Assembly: GCA_038087875.1 (NCBI GenBank)
Contig: CM075990.1
Location: forward strand, 5,520,001 to 5,584,000
Length of the DNA stretch: 64,000 nucleotides
Direction of reading: 5' to 3'
Source: Malacoraja senta
Lineage: Eukaryota
Below the pieces are notes generated by a model that was not told where the DNA came from, ran no database searches, and saw only the letters and a program-made list of their open reading frames with translations. The stretch's first letter is position 1; each line of letters starts with the position of its first letter. Below, in pieces: positions 38,900 to 49,046 of the stretch. A program made the position numbers and the translations under genes.

Positions 38900-40874
38900 C
38901 TATCGATAAAATAGACAACAGATTACTGAACAGATAGTACATAAGGTGCCCGATTAACTCAGGAGGTCAGGCAGCATCTATGGAGACCATTAGCAAGTGA
39001 CAGACACAAAATGCTGGAGTAACTCAGCGGGCCAGGCAGCATCTCTGCGGAGAAGGGATTATTGACATTTTGGGTCGAGCCTTTCAAGTGACATTCAGGT
39101 TGAACCAATATCTGCAGTTCATTGTTTCTACCTGAGGAAAAGTGTCAACCTAAAACATCACATATCCATGTTCTCTAGAGATGTTGCCTGACTTACTATG
39201 TTACTCCAGCACTTTATGTCCTTTTGTGTATTAACCAGCATCTTTCGTTCTTGATTTCTTCTACTGGATAGTTACAATCCAGTAAAGATTCATATTCCCA
39301 TCCACTCTATGGCAATATGTGTTCAATTCTTTAAAGCTTTCCCTCTTTATATTTGTACCTATTGACATTTTAAAGATCATCATGCCCTCACACCCTCCTG
39401 CAAGTGGTGGCGCTGTAGTCCCTCCATTTTGTTCCCAGGCCCAAACCAATTCTACTTCCAGCATCCATTTCTGCTAAGGAGGTCATGACTTACAGGAAAC
39501 AATAGTTACATTGTAGCTTCAGATATCTATAAAAAGTCAATTGTATAGGATATTAAATTGTGCATTTGAATGTCTCTGACTGAAATGATCTCTCTCCCCG
39601 GTTTGCCTGTAAACCGTACCACACCTCCCCTTACTCACGCCTCCCTTCCGCTGTGCCTCACCTGGACTCCAATCTATCTCCTCCTGCTGCTTTCCTCCCT
39701 CTGGCTTTACGATTCACATCTATTCAATCCTGTCTCACATCTCTGCTTTTATCTCGGGCCATTGTTCCAACTATCTGCTTATCTAACACCCCCCTCATCT
39801 GTGTCCGCCTATGACCTGCCACGCTTTGAACCAAAGATCCGTAGCGTACTATACGTTAGTCCATTGGATTTTGCAGGAATGGTCTATCTTGCTCCGCTCT
39901 ATGATCTTTGCTTTGAACTGCATCTCCCAGATTCCAGCTTTCTTCTGCACCCTACAATGAGTCTAAAGAATAGTCTCGACCCGAAATGTCACCTATCCAT
40001 GTTAGGTTGAGTTACTCCGGCTCTTTGCGCCCTTTTGTGTATTAACAAGAATCTGTAGCTCCTTGTTTCTACCAGTCTCCAAACCAATTTCCATTAGAAG
40101 AAATATCCCAACCTGAAACATCAACTATTCATGTTCGCCAGAGATGCTATCCAACCCGCTGAATTACTCCAGCATTTTGTATCTTTCTCCATTAGGTTCA
40201 TTATGTAATGGAACATAATCCTTAATTTGGAAGTAACAGTCAATCTGAAAGAGTCTACAGAATGGCTGAAATGGGAAATAAAAAATATATTGGTGCATCA
40301 GCGAACTTGGACTATAGTCAGTGTTCGGGCAGTGGTGGAACAGCAGCAGTATACCTGGTCTAAACAAGCATGATACGGAGATGGGACTGTAATTTTTAAA
40401 TGTCACCATTCCTATCTTAGGTAATAATGCCATCATTGGGATTCTGCATTTCCAGTGCAAGACGAGTTCAATGGAAACAAATTGCAGAAGTAGAGCTGAG
40501 CATCCAACCATTTCTACATTGCACCTATAGTGTAGGAAGGAATTACAGATACTCGTTTAAATCGAAGATAGACACAAAATGCCGGAGTGACTCAGCGGGG
40601 CAGGTAACATCTCTGCATAGAAGGAATGAGTGGTGTTTCGGGTCGAGACCTTTGGGCCTTGACCCGAAACGTCACCCATTCCTTCTATCCAGAGATGCTA
40701 CCAGTCCCGCTGGGTTACTTCTGCGCCTATAGTGATTACTATTGACTTGCACAGAGAAAATGTACAGGACTAATTATTATTCCCAATGTCTATAATTATT
40801 TATTTATATAATTCTACCCCATCCCACTTCAGCCTCTCAAACATCCATACTTCCCACCCACCGTCTTCACCTAC

Positions 40875-41015
40875 GTTTATCAATGATATCAATGAAGTGC
40901 CTGTAGTTGATGGTGCCATTGCACTTCAAGTCATACTTCCTAAACAGGGCATCGCTCTCCTCCAGTGTGAGACGGACCCCGACGGTTTGGTCCAAGCATC
41001 GTAGGAATTGAGATC
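40875..41015 (-). CDS. EF-hand repeat gene, exon 2 (RSQFLRCLDQTVGVRLTLEESDALFRKYDLKCNGTINYRHFIDIIDK)
   Basis: cttgtcttgcag acceptor, gtaggt donor, 141 nt, phase 1 to 1, open frame. EF-hand loop DLKCNGTINYRHF. Confidence 0.9.
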
Positions 41016-42050
41016 CTGCAAGACAAGTGAGTAGCGGTCATTGCAGAACAAAGTTGATTGGCCAATGACTGCAATATGAAGGCGTCTTCTTGGCAGGATT
41101 CCAAGCTACGCAGTTTAAACCAAGCATCTGCTGGGGCTAGCACCTTCCAGTTGGAACATCAATTGGTGCTGCAACTTGGCAAAACATTGGGCATTGTCTA
41201 CAGATGAGAAAGTGGGAAAACACACTTCCATATTCATAGTTTAAGAAAGAACTGCAGATGCTGGAAAAATCGAAGGTGGACAAAAATGCTGGAGAAACTC
41301 AGCAGGTGAGGCAGCATCCTTAGAGTTGAGTTTCTCCAGCATTTTTGTCTACCTTCCATATTCCATATTCATAGTTGATGCACATCAGGCAAATAAGGGA
41401 GGTTAGGTAAGAAGAAGAGCAAGGAAGGAAAGAAATTTGAGGTAAAAGGTGTGGTAAATGAGCCATGTGGAATATAAATAGCTAGCTATTTCTGTGTTTT
41501 GAGCTGAATGTTATGTAATCCTGGTTAATGCGATTATGTTGACATTGCTTTCTGTTGATCATCCTATGACAGGGTTTTGAATTAGTTATCTTAACCATTC
41601 AGTGGTAAATTCACATGGTAATAAAGGAAATGGACAAATAACAAACTGTGGCCTCACAAATGTTAGATAAAAGCCCGGTGAATATGTCTCCAAACACACA
41701 CACGATACCATCTGAAAACCAAGTAGGGAGAAATGGGCTTAGCATGCCCGTATTCACTTGCAGATTGCATGAAATATATACTTACCAATAAAACTGAAGA
41801 TGTAACAACATTTTCAACTAATGCATTTAAGACCAAAGAGAATCCCAATGAGCTGGTCGAGCCGCTGACTCACTGTGCCAGGTTCAATCCTGACCTCGGG
41901 TGCCATCTGTGTGCAGTTTGCACAGTCCCCCTGTGACCACGCTGGTTTCATCCGGGTGCTCCAATTTCCTCCCATATTCCAAAGACGTGTGGGTTTGTAG
42001 TTTAATTGGCCTCTGTAAATTGCCCCATGTGTGTAGTGTTCCTGACTTAC

Positions 42051-42162
42051 TTGTGATATAACCACTGTGTAATTTGTCATAATCTCCAAAGTACTCTGAG
42101 ATTCGAATCCTTTTCGCTAATACTGTACTCCTGATCTTGTTTTCAACAGCTTCGATATCCAT
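42051..42162 (-). CDS. EF-hand repeat gene, coding exon 1 (MDIEAVENKIRSTVLAKRIRISEYFGDYDKLHSGYIT); the exon starts at 42166 after an acceptor
   Basis: Acceptor ttttctttttcag|cgaaATG and donor A|gtaagt (phase 1). EF-loop-like DYDKLHSGYIT. The upstream acceptor implies a further 5' exon (UTR or coding) that I did not locate. Confidence 0.85.
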
Positions 42163-42444
42163 TTCGCTGAAAAAGAAAAAACACTCACATTAGAATAGTG
42201 AAGGGTGTGTACAATAATCTTATTTAACATGGTATCACATCCTGAAGTTGAGCCAAAGTTTCCAATCAATGGAGTACATTTGAAATACAGCAAATGTTAT
42301 AATAAATTGTAGAACCAAAGACTACAGATGCGGCTTTACAAACAAAGACACAGTGCTGGAGTAACTCAGTGGATCAGGCGGCATCTAAAGAAGTGTCCCG
42401 ACTCAAAACGTCGCCTATCCATGTTCTCCGGAGATGCTGCCTAA

Positions 42445-42670
42445 AGGGCCTGTCCCACTTTCACGACCTAATTCACCACCTTTTTTACTCGTGGACATTT
42501 TTCATCATGTTGAAAAAACGCCCCGACCTACTTGATGCCACGAGTACCTACGACTAGCATCACGACCTATCTACGACCAACCTACGACCTCCTACAACCT
42601 CGTGAAGACCATGCTGCGAGTATGAGTCAAGGGCAAACTCGGCAGAGGTCATGAAAGTGGGATAGGCCCT
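42445..42670. mobile_element. PIF/Harbinger-like MITE inserted in a Penelope terminal-repeat fragment
   Basis: AGGGCCTGTCCCACTTTCA...TGAAAGTGGGATAGGCCCT; TAA/TAA. Removing it restores gatgctgcc-taa-cacgctgagttactcc. Confidence 0.85.
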
Positions 42671-43390
42671 TAACACGCTGAGTTACTCCAGCATTTGTGT
42701 CTTTTTTTTGTTATGAAAATTAGATTGTTAGGAGTGGGGGTTGGGAGGTATTAAATAAGATATCATTGAGAGTCCTTAAAATTGATTCAGATTTCTCATC
42801 AAATATAGAAAAAGAAACCTTCTGCTGAATACTTCAGTTGCCCTCCCTTAGTGGTTCACAAAGGTCATTTGGGAAAGAGTCCTGACACTGTGTAGTCTAT
42901 CCATTTCCAGACCTGCAAAATAAAAATGTGAACATTTGCAACACAAAAGCAGATCCACTGATCCACTAAGCTGATCTTTATGCTCCACACCTGCCATTGT
43001 GCTGCATAGAACATACTGTAGAACAGTACAGCACAGGACCTGGCACTTCGAACCAAATGTCTCCGCTGAACGTGATGCCAAGATAAACAAAACTCCTTGC
43101 CTGCACATGATCCACAATCCTTCCATTCCCTGCATATCCATCCCTCCATATTTATCTCACCCTTTGGGAATATCTATTCCTTTCTTCCACATGCACACAC
43201 ACATGTATATATACATTTTCCAAAAGTCATTGGTTTTGTTTGTTTCAATTGCACCTTGTGTTATCAATTTCAATATTCAACATAATTTCTGGGTATACTT
43301 CTTTCTCCTACAGTTCCAATTGGATCTGTTGTCAATTGTTATATTTATATCGTCAGTTTTTAGTTTGCTCACAAATGGAAAAATCACTAC

Positions 43391-43890
43391 ATACCTGCAC
43401 CTCCTCCAACCTCATCTATTGCATCCACTGCTCTAGATGTCAGCTGCTCTACATCGGTGAGACCAAGCGTAGGCTTGGCGATCGCTTCGCCGAACACCTC
43501 TGCTTGGTCCGCAATAACCAACCTGAACTCCCGGTGGCTCAGCACTTCAACTCCCCCTCCCATTCCGAATCCGACCTTTCTGTCCTGGGCCTCCTCCATG
43601 GCCAGAGTGAGGACCACCGTAAATTGGAGGAGCAGCACTTCGTATTTCGCTTGGGCAGTTTGCACCCCAGCGGTATGAACATTGACTTCTCTAATTTCAG
43701 GTAGTCCCTACTTTCTCCTCCCCTTCTCAGCTCTCCCTCAGCCCACTGGCTCCACTTCTTCCTTTCTTCTTCCCGCCCCACCCCCCTCACATCAGTCTGA
43801 AGAAGGGTTTCGACCCGAAACGTTGCCTATTTCCTTCGTTCCATATATGCTGCCTCACCCGCTGAGTTTCTCCAGCATTTTTGTCTACCT
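43391..43890 (+). mobile_element. Penelope-like element 3' end: GIY-YIG endonuclease C-terminus plus terminal repeat
   Basis: TCTSSNLIYCIHCSRCQLLYIGETKRRLGDRFAEH...VAQHFN...RKLEEQHFVFRLGSLHPSGMN, stop at 43704, then the pLTR with a hammerhead-like core at 43797-43824. Confidence 0.9.
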
Positions 43891-45654
43891 TACATCTACT
43901 TCCATTGTTTTTAAGATCTAATGTATATAAGGCCACTGCTTAACCTATCTATTTAAGCAAAACAAACCACTATCTATTCAGTCTTTCATCTTGAAACAAT
44001 TGTTCAGTTCTGACATCATCCAACTATTTATTCACCTTCCCTAATGCCTCTTATATCCATCTTCCAAAACTGGTCCAAGTATTCCAAGTACAAGTTAATG
44101 GGTGGTTACATAAAGTTAACGCAACTTTCTGCTCTTGAATTCCATTCTTCTCAAGAATTCCCAGAGCATTGTTTGAATGTTGTATGGTCTTATTAATTAG
44201 TCTTGTTATATTTAATAGCTTGTAGATATGAAATCGCACATTTCTTTGTGGCTGAAGCCCATTTAAAATCACATCCAATTTGAAATGGCGAAATGTTTTT
44301 GTACAAGATGAAAATTGTCAGGTTGGAAGCATGAATGCTGTGACAGCTGAGGCTGTTGTTTGGCCAGTGCAAGCCATGACAGAAGGTATAACGGGGTGGT
44401 CTAGGGAGCAGAGATCATGGTTGAACAGATGCAGAAAACTTTCATAAGATTATTTCAATGAATGCCCAGGTCATAAGACACAGCTATAGATGGAAGGAAT
44501 GACACTCCACTTTAAAAATTAAATGTTTTGTTGATTGCTTTTTACTTTGGAAATTATCAAAATTAGCCGTCCAAAACTATGAACTTTCCAGGGCCTTTTC
44601 TCCTTCCCTACGGTGACATTGGTGACATTATGGTGAAGTAATTTTAATTAATTTTTTTATCTACAGCTGTAACTATATTAATGACTTGTTTTTAATGATT
44701 ACATCTATTCCTGCTGAGTGAATCCCCAACATGGGCAATTCCGTTACTTTGAAGTTGAGTAATGTCTCTTTGTGAAGGTCGATTAAGACATTGTTATGAT
44801 AGAAACCATGAGATTTTGCATTTAGAATGCTCTTTTGATGCAGCTATTACTGTATATGTAATTAGGCATGGTTTCAAGGCATTATTTTATAGCTCGGAAC
44901 AGCTCCAAGCCCATAGACAGTGATTTTTTTTGGTTTAATTATTCCTTTTATTACCACATTCAAGTAGACACAAGCAATATCTCAATTTCTAATCAGAGAT
45001 TCGGCAGGTCATGGAATCTCGCAGCGATCGTTGACCTTCTGACCACCTATCTAACAGCTAGGTTGGCATCTCACTGCTCTTTCTCCTTGCCACAGGGAGC
45101 TGAATCTGCCAACCGCCTCGCTGACAGAAGGCCCCCTCTTCCAGTTCCAGCATTCACCAGTGCATCTAAACATCGGAGTGGCAAGAAGCCTCAGCCCGAG
45201 TGAGACCCCAGGAAGGAAAGTGGCTCACTGGCTTAGTCTAGGACTGTTGGTGGGGTGAAGGAATGGGAGGATGTGGATCACCCTGAATGAAGGTGGGCGA
45301 GAGGGGAGGGAGCCCCGCGGTAACTGGGCCCAGTTTTAGAGAGAAACAACATAAAGTGCTGTAGTAACTCAGACAACTGAATCAGTTTGAAGAAGGGTCG
45401 CGATGTCATCTATCCATGTTCTACAGAGATCCTGACCCGCTGAAATACTCCAGCACTTTGTGTCCTTTTGCCTAGTAACTAGCATGAGCAGTCATCAGCA
45501 ATAATGGACACCACTCCCTCCACTATGGTCTGTTTACAGTAAACCCTCATTATAATGGACCATAGCTACTCCAATTTAGGTAACGTCCCATAATAACTGA
45601 CTGACCCGCTGAGTTACTCCAGCACTTTGTGTCTTTTTATGGTTTATATTACTC

Positions 45655-46430
45655 ATTAAAGCCTTTGATTCCATCAACAGGGAAGGACTATGGAGCACCA
45701 CACTCAAATTTAGCTCTCCATGGAAATTTGTCACAGTTTTACGTTTGTTTCCAGATGTCCCGCAACCCATGATCTTAACCAACCAGTTGGACAACAGCAT
45801 CAATGACAGTGAAGATCAGTGTCAAACTCTGCACCATCTAAGCCTTTGGTACTGAGGAACTCGCACTCAATATGAGAGATATTTAAGACGCCCATTACTA
45901 CAACCCAGTTACTTCCATATCTTTCCATCATCTGCCTATATATCTGTTCCTCTAACTTCTTTTCATCTTCCTCACCATAATGCCCCACTCAATTTCAACT
46001 CCAGGAGCGTAGGGTTGATCTTCAGACCTAATGGAAAATTATTCGTCCACACTGACTTTAATGCAGAACCAAAATTAACTGAACATCAGTAACTGAGCTG
46101 CGATACCCAGACATTGTTTGTGTTTGCACATACTCAGGGCCAAACTCCACAGCAATATTGATTCATTCACTTCAGCATTCAAGTGGATATGGATTATACT
46201 CCATGCCTGCCAAACATAGGTTCTCTGCCAGCCTTTCCCCAGTGTACAATACTGTACAACATTGCCCTCCAAAAATAAATGCTCACAGCAAGACACTGGA
46301 TAGTGTGATGTAACTAGCATATCTCACGAGCCTCCTCTCACCGAAGGCGGATGAAATTTACAATTGTCTTCAAAGATCCAGCACAGTCTTTGGTGAATTG
46401 AGGAAAAGGGGTTTGAAAACCACGACCTCG
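45655..46430 (+). mobile_element. RTE (BovB-like) LINE RT fragments
   Basis: KAFDSINREGLWS..LKF..P.KFVTVLRLF and FRPNGKLF / VTELRY.D motifs; interrupted by another fragment. Confidence 0.65.
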
Positions 46431-46683
46431 GGCCTGGTGAAGGGTTTCGACCCAAGACTTCACCTATTCCTTTTCTCCAGAGTCTCTACCCAACATTTTG
46501 TTACTCCAGTTACTCCAGCATTTTGTGTCTATCTCCAGTCTAACTCTGCCGTGTGAAGTGCTTACTGCGCAGTCAATATTCAAAGCTTCTTGAAAATATC
46601 CTCAGTGACTCCTGGCCCACTGCCACTCGGAGTGGAGAAGTAGCATTCAGGGTTGTGTGGAGTCCATGCATCCTGGGTCACGG

Positions 46684-47193
46684 CAGGGTGCTGTTGGTAA
46701 CGCTAGCAGTTTGCAAGCTGGAAATGTGGCCACGGATCAAGTTCCCACAGGGCAGAAGATGCCTGTTGACGTCGGTTGTTGCCCCATAGGAATAGATAGT
46801 CTGGAGAAGCATTTTAAATCTCATTTTATCATTCTTAATAATGAAGCTGATGTGAACAAATCTGTGCTGAGCCTACCTTGGGCTGATAATTATATTATTT
46901 TAAAATGATTTTACCACAGATGAGATTTTAAATGCTATTGACGGTTTTCAAAGAGATGGCTTGTCTCTAGATGGGATTTGCAAATTGAACATGTACATGT
47001 TAACCAGAATATATCCTTCCTCGTTTGGTAAAATTCCAAGTACTATCAAGAACGGCTGCCTGCAACCCCTCAGCAGCCAGCAAATCCACCCTGCTGGTGT
47101 TTATCAGTGTTTTGCTGATGATGGGGAAATCTGTGGAGAGGAATTATTTAATGCAGTCATTAATGTTTCCGCAGCAGCTTTAAGTTGCACTGG
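46684..47193 (+). repeat. Local duplicate of 50046-50428 joined to 50898-50992
   Basis: Direct by-eye alignment: near-identical ~310-bp core with more diverged ends. Confidence 0.9.
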
Positions 47194-47225
47194 ACAGCCC
47201 ACAGAAGCTTGCATGAATGGTGTAA

Positions 47226-47712
47226 AGGGCCTGTCCCACGAGCATGCGACTGCATGCGGCAAGCGCGACCAAACCGGAAGCGGGGGCTGCGCGGGGGTCG
47301 CGCGGAGGTCGAGTGATCCCCATACAGGGCCGGTCCCACCAGCATGCGACTGCATGCGGCGAGCGCGACCAAACCAGAAACGGGGGCCGCGCGGAGGTCG
47401 AGTGAGTGACGTGAAGTTCGAGCGAAGTCCGCGGGAGGTTCGCGCATGACGTACGGCGTCAAGACGCTGCGTAAAGCGTCGAGACGCTGCGCGCGCCCGT
47501 CGAGGCGGCTGCGGGCCAGCAGGCCGCTGCCGCGCGGAATTTTTGAACACTGTCAGTTTTTCGGAGCCCCGCGCGATGTCGGGACCAGCTCCGCACAACT
47601 CCATACGGCTCCGGCGATCGAAGTGGACCGGCCCAGCGAGGGCCGTACGGCTCAAGCGACCATGTTAGGTTGCGCTCGCCGCATGCAGTTGCATGCTCGT
47701 GGGACAGGCCCT
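47226..47712. mobile_element. CpG-rich PIF/Harbinger-like MITE (487 bp)
   Basis: TIRs AGGGCCTGTCCCACGAGCATGCGACTGCATGCGGC / GCCGCATGCAGTTGCATGCTCGTGGGACAGGCCCT; TAA/TAA; the left end is duplicated internally. Confidence 0.88.
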
Positions 47713-49046
47713 TAAGAAGGATATCATCAATCATACTATCCAGCCTCTTCCTGCACATCAGATGCCTCTTGCCCCTCCTGTGGAAGACTCTGTGGTTCGT
47801 ACACTGGCGTCAATAGGCTCCGCAGATCCCAAAGACAGCCATTGCCCTGAGCGACCTCGGACACACTGTGATTAAACCCGGTTCTAGGTGACCACTACTG
47901 GCCAATGATGCTCGGCCATCCACCCTCTGCAAGTTGCCAGGAGCCCCCCCGACAATACGATAGTGGGCATGCAGCCGAGCGCTGCCAGGAACTGGGGCCG
48001 ATCCAGGTGGAGAGGTCTGGGAACACGTACAACTGTGCAGGAGATGCATTGCCAGGACCAGGAAGCAAGGCCAGATAGATATGCAGCTGGAGTACAGTGG
48101 AACAAGGCGACGTGGGTGGTCGGGGTCAGCTGTCTTCATGGTTCAATCGTACTTTACACTCACATGTACCTAGGTACAGTGAAATTCAATTTTCGCATTC
48201 CAGTTCAGTAAAAATCGTTTTATACACAAACACAATCTTACTTAAGTACAAGGGTGTAGGAATAGCAGATTAACTGAGACAGCACAAGAGTCACCACGTT
48301 TCCGGTGCCATGTTGTATGATTCATGTGGAAAGTTGTCAAAAATGGAGCATGGGCAGGATTGGGGCCAGATACGCAAATGAGAACTGGGCAGGAGACTGA
48401 AGCAGAGGAACGGGGCCTGATGGACAGGATCATGTGTGTGGCCAAGACCAAAGGCACCAGCCTGGACAGTGTGTACAGTGAGAGAGCGGGACGTAAGAGC
48501 TGGAAATCTGTGCAAGGTCAGTGATGGTCAGTTGGGTGTGGGGGGGGGGAGGAGGAGGGGGGGGGAGGGGGTGGTGGGGATAGAAGTGAGGAAGATTGCG
48601 CTGAGCCACGCACTTGTAAGAGAGAGGGAGAGAGTGAAAGGTACCAGCTAAGTGACACCTACATGGGTGCCACCGACCGGTGAACAGTACCTCTTATCAC
48701 TGGTACCAAGAGCTTGCTTTGTGAAACCTGTGTGACAGAAGCTAACAACAACTATGCTATTTTAAAAGAAACTGCACATAAACAATTTCCACGCCATTGA
48801 ATCAAAGGATCATACAGCATGGAAACGGCCCTTCGGCCCAACTTGGTCATGCCGATCAAGATGCCCCATCTACACTAGATCGTTCTGGACCGCACTTAGC
48901 CCATATCCCTCCAAACTCGAAGAGCCGAATGGCCTACTCCTGCACCTATTGTCTATTGTCTATTGTCAAACCTGTGCTATCCATGTACCTGTCCAAATGT
49001 CATTTAAATGTTGTCATAGTACCTATGTGGTATCTATGGTACACTG

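Noticed and set aside
46684..47193. Left duplicate as a spliced retrocopy of the right copy
   Set aside because: The junction keeps GT and TTTATCAG, so the missing ~470 bp is not a clean GT-AG removal.
814..47715. Kolobok/piggyBac (TTAA) assignment for the AGGGCC-ended elements
   Set aside because: Left flanks are gTAA or cTAA, not TTAA; the reconstructed empty site at 42442 supports a 3-bp target.
47104..47758. Overlapping Arg/Ala-rich ORFs
   Set aside because: Artefacts of the GC-rich MITE; no transposase motifs.
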